Assembly: GCA_030390025.1 (NCBI GenBank)
Contig: CM059432.1
Location: 92,382,001 to 92,446,000, forward strand
DNA length: 64,000 nucleotides
Direction: 5' to 3'
Source: Squalus acanthias
Taxonomy: Eukaryota
Shown piece after piece: positions 49,204 to 61,870 of this stretch (positions within the stretch are counted from its first letter, which is position 1; the number at the start of each line of letters is the position of its first letter). The notes under the pieces are model-generated. The model did not search any database and had not been told where the DNA came from. It saw nothing but the letters and a program-made list of their open reading frames with translations. Position numbers and translations under genes: made by a program.

Positions 49204-50250
49204 GGGGATAGAGTTTCCACTTTGGGCGCAATCAGCGGTTCCGGTGCAAATTGCTCCTGATTTGAAACGTGGTTTTTTTCGGGTTTTCGCTCAAACTAAT
49301 TTGCATATCGCCAAATGCAAAATCAGCATGAACCAGCGCAATCGCCAAGGCTTCTTCGGCAGCACCTCCCAAACCCACTACCTCTTCCACCTAGAAGAAC
49401 AAGGGCAGCAGGCGCATGGGAACACCACCACATCCAAGTTCCCCTCCAAGTCACACACCATCCTGACTTAGAAGTATATCGCCGATCCTTCATCGTCGCT
49501 GGGTCAAAATCCTGGAACTCCCTCCCTAACAGCACTGTGGGAGTACCTTCACCACACAGACTGCAGCAGTTCAAGAAGGTGGCTCACCACCACCTTCTTA
49601 AGGGCAACTAGGGATGGGCAATAAATGCTGGCCTTGCCGGCGACACCCTCATCCCTTAAACAGATTTTTTTTTAATTGGGTAGCGTTTTAAAATGTAATT
49701 TAAAAAAAATATTTTGCTTTATAAAATATTCCTTGATATATTTAAGAGTGGTAACTTGGTGAAGTTTGATTAATACAGCTGAAAATGGGTTTATCAAAAA
49801 AAATAAGCATTTTAAATCACAGTGTCAATCCACCACCTGTGGGTAACCCGATTCTAAATGACTGAAAATGACTTTTTAAAAATATGCAAAACTATTTTCT
49901 AGTTATATTGAGGTACAGTAGTCAGGTTCTTAGTTAAAATTTAAAAAATTACTTTCAAAACCCTTTAAAACATACCCATTAGTGTCCTTGCACCAAAAGT
50001 TCCAGCTTAATGTTTGGTGCCTCCTCGAAGGCCTGCAAACGAGCGCAATTAGCGGAACCTCACAATGGTGATTAGTTCACCCTGGGGACGTGGCCAGTTT
50101 TTTGAGCGAGACCTGATTCTAGTGCGATGTTTTTAAAACTAGCGCAAAAGATCGCAGAAACTCGATTTGCGCAGAGCGCAATTTGCACTTAAAATTCCAC
50201 AGTTGAGGTGAGCCGAAAAATCCAGCGGAATGGAAGGTAAACTCCAGGCC
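49204..50250. mobile_element. Non-autonomous TIR element containing a LINE 3' fragment (49341-49670, + strand)
   Basis: Ends ggggatagagtttcca and tggaaggtaaactccaggcc. The internal segment is the reverse complement of 17952-18270. Confidence 0.7.
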
Positions 50251-51572
50251 AGGAGTAAGTGAAGCATCCTTTGGAGAAAAGGTGACTTTGGACCTAGGGT
50301 TCCCAAAGCTTTCCATCACTGGGGGTTTGCTCGCCTCATGTCTAGGTCTGACTGAGACTAATTGATAGAGATCGATTGCCATGATTAGTCACCAACTCCA
50401 TTATTGTATTATGCAACTGCCAGGATGGCATAAAATGAACTAGATGGTCCTTGGTCTTTTTTCCTCTAGCAATTCCTATGTTCCTATGTACCTCTTGAGG
50501 TGGTTATGACAAAAATTATTTTCATTTGGTCTTTTAATGCAGGCACAATAGGCTGGAAATTCCTGGGGTGGTGATGGGCACAAATCAGGCAGTTCGTTCA
50601 CTGGAAGGGACTGAATTTGGAGTCAAAACTGAACTCATCAGATATCCATCTGATTTGGACTCACAATTCTCAATCGGTGGGAGGGGAAGTATATCTTCTG
50701 CCCCACACCCAATGTCTGCAGCCAGCTATGGAGGTATTTTTAAGAGCAGGCAATGGTTCCATACTCGGCCTTAAGTAGGATCTAAGATTGCCAGTAAGTC
50801 CTGCCCCTTTGCTCTCTGAGGACTAGTCAAAGGTTTGGTAGAATTTTTCTTTGGCCTTTCCCAGGCCTTAGGTTCCATCTCCCATTGGAGGGGAGGAGTG
50901 CGAGGGATCATTGACAGCTAGATGTCCCAGCCTGTCACATTCCCTGCAACACAGCAGGTCTCCAGGAATTTCAACCCAAAGAGTTTAAACAGCCATCTGC
51001 ACTGTCCCAACCTATATCAATACATATGTTGCAAAGTTTATATTGTTATTGTATCCACGGTATCAGGCTTAAGCGAGGAAGCAGCACACACAGCTTTCAA
51101 ATACCCACAGACTTCATTATTGGCTCAGTTATGGATATGACAGCCAGTTATTTTTGAATGTGGGTGTCAGTTATGGAAATCTAACAAACCTCGGCAATTG
51201 TTCAAGAGCTATAAACAGAGTGGTGCCATTTTGAGTGGGCCTGAATTAGACAGATTGAAATCTTCACAGAAAGACAAGGTAGACTAACTAATTCCCACAG
51301 CTAGTACAGAATGCAAGGGAAAAGAAGACTGCATATATGTAAAAGTGGTTTATAAAACAATAGTTTAGTGTATAGATCGTGTTATATATTTGCTTGTTTA
51401 ATAAACTTGTTTGATAGTTTGGAACTAGAACAAGGTCTGATGTGATGCTCTATTGCTTATCGAGGAGTGGACAGATCTTGTGGAAGCATAGGATAATTCC
51501 AGTAGCTTAAAAATAATTAGTAGTTATAGTTATCCCAGACATTTTAACAAATGCTTACCTCGATAGTAAGGT

Positions 51573-51898
51573 AAAGAAAGAAGAAAGAAAGAGTTTATGG
51601 TGCCTTTCATGACCTCAGGCTGCCCCAAAGTGCTTTATAGCCAATGAAATACTTTTTGAAGTGTCATCACTATTGTAATATAGGAAACACAGCAGTCAAT
51701 TTGTGAACAGCTAGGTCCCACAAACAATAATGAGATAAATAATCAGATAAACCTTTTTTTGTGATATTGACTGGGGGGGGAATATTGGCCAGGACACTGG
51801 GAGAACTCCCTTGCTCTGCTTCGAAATAGTGCCATGGGATCTTTTACGTCCCCGAGAGGGCAGATAGGACCTCGGTTTAACGTCTCATCCAAAAAGAC
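51573..51898 (-). mobile_element. Deu-domain SINE, 5'-truncated
   Basis: Collinear with 44624-44925. Confidence 0.85.
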
Positions 51899-52315
51899 AA
51901 AAGCATTGGGAGTTGGGTCTAGCCTAGGTGGTCACCTAAGATGGCAGAGATGAGAAGTCTAGAGTAAAGAAGGACAGAAAAGATCCAAAAATGTAACAGG
52001 GGTACTTCAGGCCACCTGAGCTCCATCTCTGCCTCATTTATATTACAGCACCGTGTCACTATTGGGGCTGCCACCAGCAACAGCAGTGTGATAATAAATG
52101 AACATGAGTGTATTAGTGTCTCAGTACCACAGACAGGAATAAATTCTCTCTCAGGCACTCAGTGTTGGAGTTATATTTATTGATTAATCTCCTAAATGCA
52201 CAAAAGGCTTCAATGATGAATTTCTTACTGCTAACTCTGCAACTTTAATAGAACTGATCACAGTAATGTATTTACTGTGACCCATGAGATTGTTTGTCCA
52301 ACTGTAGGAGAAAAT

Positions 52316-53098
52316 GGCCTGAATTTTCTGGAGAAAGGCGGGTTGGGGGGGGGGTGGTTCCGAGGCGGTTGGGAAACCCGCCCCCAGGCCCTGCCGACTT
52401 TAACGGCAGGGCCTGATTTGCACATGAGGCCTCAGTTTCCCACCCACAGCCAGCCAGATTGAGAGGCTGGCTAGCTGTGGGCAGGCCGGCATTCGCCTGG
52501 ACAGAGGAGGGAGGGAGGGTTCGCGTGAGGGCCGGGCCGCTAAAAGGATCGCGGGGGTGGGGGGGGAGAGAGGACCAGGGATCGAGGGGAGGGGTGGGTG
52601 GAGAGAGGACCAGGAATCAGGGGGAGCGGGGAGAGAGGACCATGAATCAGGAGCTGGGCAGGGATTGGGGTGGGTGAAGAGAAGATCGCGGCCGGCCTTA
52701 GCATCATCATTGGGGGGAGGCCTGGGGGGTGATTTGAAGCCTCATGAGGTCTCCAATCATGGGGGGTGGGCTAGGTAGGGACCCTGGATCCAGGAGGTAG
52801 GTATAAAGGCATTTACCTCCTGGATGCAGCAGTCCCAGTCTAGCTGTAACTGCCGGGTTTCACAAATCGTGTGAAACCCGTCCACATGCAGTTAAAAACA
52901 AAATGGAGGTTAAAAGAGAGGCTTCCAGCCTCATTATATTTAAATTGACGTCTTCCCCACCCTCCCACCATCCCACCCTCGTTCAGCCTCCGTTAAAACC
53001 GGAAGTGGGCGGGTTTGAGGCGGGATCAGGTCGGGAATCCCATTTTTAGCAATTTAACTACCCCCACACTCCAAATCCACCCTTTTTTTAGGTTAAAA
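52316..53098. mobile_element. GC-rich Harbinger-like element, inverted orientation
   Basis: Starts ggcctgaattttc and is the reverse complement of 31981-32522 over long blocks. Confidence 0.85.
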
Positions 53099-53580
53099 GG
53101 ATTTTCATTCTCTCTCGTTATCTTTCTCATTTTTGTTTTTGTGATGTTTCCTATATCTTTTCACTCCCCCCCCCCCACCCCGCCCCCTGACTATCTGCAT
53201 ATTCTTTAGTTCTTTTGATATATGAACATGCAAAAACAAAGGATTGGAAACAACCAGCGGGCCATAAAGCCTGCCTCATACTGCCATGGTGGAATTTCTG
53301 CACATCGTTGCCCTCCCCCCGCCCATGCAGCTGCCGGGAGAGGCAAAAAACCTCATGAAAAATCCTTAGGCCAATTTATTTTTAAAACTCGGTGAAATTC
53401 CTTTCTGACCCCTGAAGGCGATCAGGCAAGTCCCCCGGAGACCACGGTGACTGTGAGACATGCTCCCCAATACCCACCTACCTTCTACATGAAGTTACAT
53501 CAGCCACACTCAGGAACTCATCAATCTCCTATTTGAAAGCTTGCACCGAATCTGCACTGACTGCACGTGCCAGTAACTTG

Positions 53581-54919
53581 ATCGATAGCAAAATACTGCG
53601 GATGCTGGAAAATTGAAACAACAACAGAAAACGCTGGAAAAACTCAGCAGGCCAGGCAACATCCGTGGAGAGAGAAACAGAGTTAACGTTTCAGGTCGAA
53701 TCCCTTCGTCAGAACTGAGAAAAAAGCAGGAAATGAAACAGATAAAAAAGCAAGGGGGAGGCTGGGGGGAGGAATAAAAGAACAAAAGGGGTGGTCTTTG
53801 GTAAGTAGAGACATTAAGAGATGCTCAAGGCAAGACGAGATGGTGATAGGACAGGTTAAGAAACAAAAGATGGCTCAGAAGTGTGAAGTGTGAAATGCTG
53901 GCAGAATGAGAGACAGCTGCTGTGGGGGAGAGAGAGAAAAAAAGGGAAAAGGCACAAACCAAAAGTGTGGATAAAATATATATATATGATAGGGGCCGAG
54001 GTTTTGATCTGAAATTGTTGAACTCGACATTGAGTCCGGAAGGCTGTAAAGTGCCTAATCGGAAGATGAGGTGCTGTTCCTCGAGCTTACGCTGAGTTTC
54101 CGTGGAACAATGCACGAGGCCGAGGACGGTGAGGTCTGAGTGGGCGTGGAGAGGTGAATTAAAATGACAAGCGACTGGAAGCTCGGGGTCACCCTTACGG
54201 ACTGAATGGAGGTGTTCCGCAAAGCGGTCGCCCAATCTGCGTTTGGTCTCCCCAATGTAGAGGAGACCACATCGTGAGCAGTGAATACAGTATACTAAAT
54301 TGCAAGAAGTACAAGAAAATCGCTGTTTCACCTGGAAGGGGTGTTTGGGGCCCTGGAGAGTGGGAAGGGGGGATGTATAAGGGCAGGTGTTGCATCTCCT
54401 GCGCTTGCACGGGAAGGTGCCGGGCGAGGGGGAAGGGGTGCTGGGGGTGATAGAGGAGTGGACTAGGGTGTCTCGGAGGGAGCGGTCCCTACGGAATGCT
54501 GAAAGGGGAGGTGAGGGGAAGATACATTTGGTGGTGGGATCACGTTGGAGGTGGCGGAAATGGCGGAGGATGATCCGTTGAATGTGGAGGCTGGTGGGGT
54601 GAAAGGTGAGGACAAGGGGAACTCTATCGTGGTTCCGGGGGGGAGGAGCCGGGGTGAGGGCAGAAGTGCGGGAAATGGAACGGACACGGTCGAGGGCCGT
54701 GTCGACCACGGTAGAGGGGAATCCTCGGTTGAGGAAAAAGGAAGACATGTCGGAAGCACTGGTATGGAAGGTGGCATCGTCGGAGCAGATGCGGCGGAGA
54801 CGGAGAAACTGGGAGAAGGGAATAGAGTCCTTACAGGAGGCGGGGTGGGAGGAAGTGTAGTCCAGGTAGCTGTGGGAGTCAGTGGGCTTGTAGTGAATGT
54901 TGGTCAATAATGTGAATGT
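53581..54919 (-). mobile_element. Young Penelope-like retroelement (Neptune-type), 5'-truncated, open reading frame, 15-bp TSD
   Basis: ORF 53825..54907 contains YKPTDSHSYL, FLRLRRICS, CKRRRCNTC and the GIY-YIG motif NLVYCIHCSRCGLLYIGETKRRLGDRFAEH. Flanked by CGTGCCAGTAACTTG at 53566-53580 and 54920-54934. Confidence 0.95.
53681..53716 (-). ncRNA. Minimal type I hammerhead ribozyme motif in the Penelope pLTR
   Basis: The minus strand reads AGUU-CUGACGA-AGG GAUUCGA CCU-GAAA-CGUU-AACU: both core boxes, a 3-bp stem II, a 4-bp stem I and a loopless palindromic stem III. Confidence 0.8.
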
Positions 54920-55102
54920 CGTGCCAGTAACTTGTTCTGCTGATGATTCTTTGTATCATCTCAGAGTTTTCTATTGAGCAGTTTGCAGATCATTTAACCA
55001 ATTAGCTCCCTCTCTGCAATTGGTGGATCCCCGCCCCCACCCCGCCCTTTTTCTCTCTAGTTTATTCAACTTTACTAAAGTGCCTATTTATCTTGCAGTC
55101 TT

Positions 55103-55205
55103 CAGTTCTGATGAATCTTACACACCCGAAATGCAACAATCTGTCTTTTCTCTTCACAGATGCTGACTGGCCTACTGTATATTTCCAGTATTTTCTGTTT
55201 TTATT
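55103..55205 (+). mobile_element. Decayed solo Penelope pLTR
   Basis: cagttctgatga...gaaat..., cacagatgctg..., tttccagtattttctgtttttatt. Matches the reverse complement of 53585-53716. Confidence 0.65.
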
Positions 55206-55446
55206 TTACATGATTACATGCTCATTTCTGTTAGGTACGTGTTTTTCTGTGATTGTAGATGCAGATTGTGGGTCATAATGAGCGCTGTTTACCACAGTTG
55301 TTTGATGGTAATGACCATGGAAATTAATGTTAAAACTGTGAAAACCTTGCAACAAGCTGAAACTGATACTTCGTTTTTCATTTTCCACACCAGTCCCTGT
55401 GGCCAGTTCTACGCTGCCCACCAGTGGAAGCACAAGATTGCAGATT

Positions 55447-57365
55447 AGAATCATATAATCATACAGCACAGTAGGAGGACATTCAGCCCATCATACCTGT
55501 ACTAACTCTTTGTAAGAGCTATCCAATTAGTCCCACTCCCTTGCTCTCCCCCCTAGCCCTGCAAATTTTTCCTTTTCAAGTATATATTCAATTGCCTTCA
55601 GGGAGTGCCTTCCAGATCACAACAAGTCGCTGCGCAATTTTTTTTTATCTTCCTCTCGCCTTTTTTTTTGCCAATTACCTTAAATCTGTGCTCTGGTTAC
55701 CAACCCTCCTGCCAGTGGAAACAGTTTCTCCTTATTTACTCTATCAAAATGCTTCATAATTTTGAACACTTCTATTAAATCTCCCCTTACCTTCTCTGTT
55801 CTAAGGAGAACAATCCCAGCCTCGCTAGTCTCTCCACATAACTGAAGACCTTCATCCCTGATACCATTCTAGCAAATCTCCTCTGCACCCTCTCCAAGGC
55901 CTTGACATCCTTCCTATAGTGTGGTGCCCAGAATTGGCCACAATACTCCAGCTGAGGCCTAACCAGTAATTTATAAAGGTTCAGCACGACTTCCTTGCTT
56001 TTGTACTCTATAGGGGGAATTTTAACCCCAAAAAACGGGCGGGTTTGGGTCGGGTGGAAGGTTAAAGTGGTAGCAATCTGAATCCTGCCCCCAACCCGCT
56101 TCCAACCGGCCCAGTTCCGGTTTTAAAGGAGGCGGGACGGGGGCACGGGCAGCCAACCTGCTCCCAGGAGGCATGTCACATTAAATATTATAATGAGACT
56201 AAGTACCTCATTTTGAATCTCCATTTTAAATTTAACTCTGGATGGCCGGGTTTCCCGGGCTTTGGGGAACCCGGCAGCTAAAGGGAGGCAAGGACTTCTG
56301 GATCCAGGAGGAAAGTATCTTTCCACTTACCTGCGGGATCCAGCGTCCCTGCCTTGCCAATCCCCTGTGATTGGACACACACCCAACCCTTTTGATCTCC
56401 CCCAGACCGCCCCCCCCAAGGCCTCCAGTCCCCCCGACAAAGCCTATGGCCCCTGCCCCCACGAGGCCTCCAATCTCCGATACCCTCTCTGGCCTTCTGA
56501 TTCCTGGCCCTCCGCCCACCCCGGCCTTCCAATCCCCAGCCTCCCCACCCCGGTCTGGCTTCCGGTCTCTGAACACCGGCCCCCGACCCCCCTCTGGCCT
56601 CCAGTCACTGGCCCCTGACCCCCCTCCAGCTCACCGATCCCGGCCTTCCGATCCCCCCCCAATCTCCCACCCCCTGCCCCGATCCCGGCCTTCCGACCCC
56701 CTCTCCAATCCCGGCATTTCATTCCCCACTCCGATCCAGGCCTTCCAGCCCCCCTTCGATCCCGGCCTTCCGACCCCGCCCCCTCCGATCCCAGCCTTCT
56801 GACCCCACCCCCCTACAATCCCGGCCTTCCAACACCCCACCCCCCCGATCCCAGCCTTCTGACCACCCCCCACCACTCCGATCCCGGCCTCCGATCCCTC
56901 CCTCCCTCCTCTCTGCTCCCAAGATGCAGCCTGGTACCACAGGCCTGACAGCCAGCCAGCCTCTCAATCTGGCTGGTTGCAGGAGGGAAACAGATAAAAA
57001 AAAACGCTAACAAGTCCCTGCCATTAAATTCAGCAGGGTCTGAGGGAAATCCGTTCTCCTGAGCTTCCCGACCGCAATCTAACTCCCTACATGCCTCCAA
57101 GTTAAAATCCTGCCCTATGTCTCTATTTATAAAGCCCAGGATCCTGCATACTTCTTTAACAGGCTTATCAACTTGTTCTGCCACCTTCAAAGATTTGTGT
57201 TTGTGAAACCCAAGGTTTCTCTGTTCTTGCACCCACTTTAAAATTGTACCATTTGGTTTATATTGCCTCTTCTCGTTCTTCCATCCAAAATGCATCACTT
57301 CACACTTCTCTGCATTAAATGTCATCTGCCATGTGACTGCCCATTTCGTCAGTCTATCTAGGCCC
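55447..57365 (-). mobile_element. CR1 3' fragment split by the MITE at 56012
   Basis: ORF 55787..55987 (RPQLEYCGQFWAP) and the N-terminal part of ORF 56813..57325 (FNAEKCEVMHFG). The two halves rejoin at ttgtactc-TAT-gtctctatttataaagcc. Confidence 0.92.
56012..57115. mobile_element. Harbinger-like non-autonomous element with TAT TSD and expanded C-rich minisatellite
   Basis: AGGGGGAATTTTAAC and GTTAAAATCCTGCCC, TAT at 56009-11 and 57116-18, internal (ccgatcccggccttccgacccc)n. Confidence 0.92.
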
Positions 57366-57517
57366 TTCTGTCTCTGCCTCCTGAAAAATCATATCTTGCT
57401 TGTTACGGCCTTATTAATGATTTTTCAGGTGCAATAGTTTGTGTGCCATGGGGAATTCATTAACCAGGTAGGAATTAGCTCACCCACTGAGTTTGGACTT
57501 AATTCAACAATGAAATG

Positions 57518-57647
57518 GAAGGTTGTGGGTTCAAGGTTCATTCCAGAAACTTAACCACTTAATCTAGGCTAACAGTTCAGTGCAGTATTGAGGGAGTGCT
57601 GTACTGTCAGAGGTGCCATCTTTCAGGTGAGACATTAAACTGAGGCC
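57518..57647 (+). mobile_element. Deu-domain SINE 5' part, interrupted by a TIR element starting at about 57650
   Basis: gaaggttgtgggttcaag...cagtgcagtattgagggagtgctgtactgtcagaggtgcc, the reverse complement of the 44.9-45.0 kb segment. Confidence 0.8.
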
Positions 57648-58443
57648 TTGGCCAGAATCTTTACCTGTCCATGGATTTGGGTACAGGGGGGCCGTGTAGT
57701 GGGTCACTATCCCGGACGTTCTTTTAGCGTGCTCTTCAGTGTGGTTTTAACTGAACTATGTCAATTGAATTAGTCATGCGGCTTTCTCAGACAATTAAGT
57801 GGAGTGGGTCTGATGACGTCACGGATGACTCGAATTCATCTCACTTATTTAAAGGAGCATGCCACAGATGACAGTTGAAAGTTGGTGGAGGTGCTGGAGA
57901 GGTTGGCGTCAGAGGAAGTAAGTGGTTTGAGGATTGGAGAATTGCAAATGTTACACCCTTGTTCAAAAAAGGGTGTAAGAAAAACCCAGCAACTACGGGC
58001 CAGTCAGTTTAACCTCGGTAGTGGGGAAGCTTTTAGAAACGATAATCCGGGACAAAATTAACAATCACTTGGACAAGTGTGGATTAATTCAGGAAAGCCA
58101 GCACGGATTTGTTAAAGGCAAATCGTGTTTAACTAACTTGATTGAGTTTTAGGTAACAGAAAGGGTTGATGAGGGCAATGCGGTTGATGTGGTGTACATG
58201 GATTTCCAAAAGGCGCTCGACAAAGTGCCACATAATAGGCTTGCCAGCAAAGTTGAAGCCCATGGAATAAAAGGGACAGTGGCAGCATGGATACAAAATT
58301 GGCTAAGTGACAGGAAAAAGAGAGTAGTGGTGAACAGTTGTTTTTCGGACTGGAGGAAGGTATACAGTGGTGTTCCCCAAGGGTCGTTACTAGGACCACT
58401 GCTTTTCTTGATATATATTAATGACTTAGACTTTGGGTGTACA

Positions 58444-61400
58444 TAGGATTACATAGGATATACGGCACAGAAACAGGCCATTCGGCCCAACCAATCCATG
58501 CCGGCGTTTATGCACCACATGAGCCTCCTCCCGTCTTTCCTCATCTAAATCGATCAGCATAACCCTCTATTCCCTTTTCCCTCATATGCTTGTCTAGCCT
58601 CCCCTTAAATGCATCTATACTATTCGCTTCAACCACTCCCTGTGGTAGCGAGTTCCACATTCTCACCACTCTTTGGGTAAAGAAGTTTCTTCTGAATTCC
58701 CTATTGGGTTTCTTGGTGACTATTTTATATTGATGGCCTCTAGTTATGTTCTTCCCCACAAGTGGAAAAATTCTCCCTGTATCCACTCTATCAAAATTTT
58801 TCATAATTTTAAAGACCTCTATTAGGTCACCCCTCAACCTTCTTTTTTCAAGGGAAAAGAGACCCAGCATGCTGATCCTTTCCTGATATGTATACCCTCG
58901 CATTTCTGGTATCATCCTTGTAAATTTTCTCTGCACCCTCTCCAGTGCCTCTATATCCTTTTTATAAAATGGCGATCAGAACTGTACGCAGTACTTTAAG
59001 TGTGGTCTAACCAAGGTTCAATACAGAATTAGCATAATTTCCCTACTTAGAACATAAGAACATAAGAAATAGGAGCAGGAGTAGGCCATTCGGCCCTTTG
59101 AGCCTGCTCCGCCATTCAATGAGATCATGGCTGATCTTCTGCCTCAACTCCATTCACCGGCCCTATCGCCATATCCCTTGAAGCCCTTACTAGTCAGAAA
59201 TCTATCGACTTCTGTTTTGAATATACCCAATGACTGAGCCTCCACAGCCCTCTGGGGTGGAGAATTCCAAAGAGTCACCACCCTCTGTGTGAAGAAATTT
59301 CTTCTCATCTCAGTCCTGAATGGCCTACCCTTTATCCTGAGGCTGTGGCCCCTGGATCTAGACTCCCCAGCCAAGGGAAACATTCTCGCAGCATCCACCC
59401 TATCAAGCCCTGTAATAATTTTGTATGCTTCAATGAGATCCCCTTTCATTCTTCTGAATTCAAGAGAATACAGGCCTAGTTTACTCAATCTCTTCTCATA
59501 TGACAGTCCCGCCATCCCAGGAATCAATCTCGTGAACCTTCGTTGCACTCCCTCTATGGCAAGTATATCCTTCCTTAGGTAAGGAGACCAAAATTGTACA
59601 CAGTACTCCAGGTGTGATCTCACCATGGCCCTATATAATTGGAGTAAGACTTCTTTACTCCTGTACTCAAATCCTCTTGTAATGAAGGCCAGCATACCAT
59701 TTGCCTTCCTAATGGCTTGCTGCACCTGCACATTCACTTTCAGTGACTCATGTACAAGGACACCCAGGTCCCTTTGAGCATCTGCATTTCCCAATCTTTC
59801 ATCATTTAGGAAATACTCTGCCTTTCTGTTTTTTCTACCAAAGTGGATAACTTCACATTTATCCACATTATATTCCATCTGCCATGTTCTCGCCCACTCA
59901 CTGAGCCTGTCGAGATCCCCTTGAAGCCTCTTCACATCCTCTTCGCAACTGACACTGCCACCTAGCTTTGTATCATCAGCAAATTTGGAAATGTTACATT
60001 TAGTCCCCTCATCCAAATCATTGATATAGATTGTGAATAGCTGGGGCCCAAGCACCGATCCTTGCGGTACCCCACTAGTCAGACTGCCATCCTGAAAAAG
60101 ACCCGTTTATCCCTACTCTTTGTTTTCTGTCTGTTAACCAATTCTCAATCCATGCTAGTATATTACCCTCAATTCCATGTGCCCTAATTTTGTTCACCAA
60201 CCTCTTGTGTGGGACCTTATCGAAGGCCTTCTGGAAATCCAGATACACCACATCTACCGGTTCCCCTTTGTCTACTCCACTAGTTACATCCTCAAAGAAC
60301 TCCAATAGGTTTGTCAAACAGGATTTCCCTTTCATAAATCCATGTTGCCTCTGCCCAATCTTACTATTAGTTTCTAAGTGCCCAGTTATTGCATCCTTTA
60401 TAATAGATTCCAGCATTTTCCCAACTACTGATGTGAGGCTAACAGGTCTGTAGTTCCCCTTTTTCTCTCTCCCTCCTTTTTTAAATAGCGGGGTTACATT
60501 TGCTATCCTCCAATCTGCAGGAACTGTTCCAGAATCTATAGAATTTTGGAAGATGACAACCAATGCGTCCACTATTCCAATGGCCACCTCTTTCAAAACC
60601 CTAGGATGTAGGTCATCCGGTCCTAGGGATTTGTCGACTTTTAGTCCCATTAATTTTGCTAGTACTGTTTTTTTACTTTTCAATTCCATCCCTGTAGAAA
60701 TAAACCCTAGTGCTTGATTTGCTTTTTTTACGGCCTTGCTAACCTGCGTCACAACTTTTAGTGATTTGTGTATTTGTACTCCTAGATCCCTTTGTTCCTC
60801 CACCCCACCTAGATTCGCACCCTCCAAGTGATAAGTGACCTCCCTATTCTTCCTACCAAAATGTAATACCTTACATTTAATCTGTGTTGAACTTCATTTG
60901 CCAATTATATGCCCATTCTGCAAGTTTATTAATGTCCTCCTGTAACTTGTTGCAGTCCTCCTCAGTATTGACTATCCCGCCCAATTTGGTGTCATCCGCA
61001 AATTTAGAAATTGTGTTTTTGATTCCAAAGTCTAAATCATTAATATAAATTGTGAACAGCAGTGGTCCCAGCACTGATCCTTGTGGAACACCACTACCCA
61101 TCTTCTGCCACTGTGAATAGCTACACTTTACTCCTACTCTCTGTCCTGAAGCCAGCCAGCAATCCATTCTGCTACTTGTCCCCTGACTCCTCATTCTCTG
61201 ACTTTGTTCATCAGTCTATTATGGGGTACCTTATCGAAGGCCTTTTGAAAATCCATTTAAATTACATCTACTGCATTACCATTGTCTACTCTCTCTGTTA
61301 ACGCCTCATAAAATTCAATAAGGTTGGTCAAGAAAGACTTTCCCTTTTGAAATCCATGTTGACTATTCATTATTATATTTTTTTGTTTCTAGATGTTCTT

Positions 61401-61870
61401 CTATTTTCTCCTTTAGTAGGGATTCCATTATTTTTCCTACCACCGATGTTAAGCTGACTGGTCTATAATTCCCTGGACATGTTCTAGCCCCCCTTCTTAA
61501 ATATCAGTATTACGTTAGCTATCCGCCAGTCCTCTGGCAGTATATCTTTTTCTAACAAATTATTAAATATGTGTAGTAATGCCTCTGCTATCTCTTCCCT
61601 AGATTCTTTTAAAATGTATGGATCCAATCCATCTGGACCAGGGGTTTTATCCTCTTTGAGTTTGATTAATTTATTTAATATATCCCCTTTTTTATTTTAA
61701 ATGCACTTATCTCATTACTAATCTTATCATCCAATGTCATGTCCACCTGTTCTAGCTCCCTGGTAAATTCTGAAGCAAAATAATTATTTAATATTTCTGC
61801 CATCTCTCTATCGTTACCTGTGGTATTATCCTGACTATCCCTTAATGGCCCTATTCCCATCCCAACCTTC
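58444..61870 (-). mobile_element. CR1 copy B (58444-59048 and 60674-61870), interrupted by copy C
   Basis: ORFs 58541..58936 and 60877..61194. The halves rejoin at ccc-TACTT-ttcaattcc. Tail (acatagga)n. Confidence 0.88.
59049..60673 (-). mobile_element. CR1 copy C, young, near-intact RT and C-terminus
   Basis: ORF 59144..60055 (303 aa) plus most of 60075..60827, separated by one frameshift. Tail (agaacata)n, with TACTT on both flanks. Confidence 0.93.

Noticed and set aside
56232..56967. Proline-rich and glycine-rich ORFs resembling extensin, formin or collagen
   Set aside because: They are translations of the C-rich minisatellite inside the MITE and are open in several frames because of low complexity.
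60075..60827. 250-aa ORF as one CR1 protein
   Set aside because: It is chimeric: the N-terminal part comes from copy B and reads by chance into copy C across the junction near 60673. ORFs 61675..62217, 56813..57325 and 62333..62548 are likewise junction artefacts.
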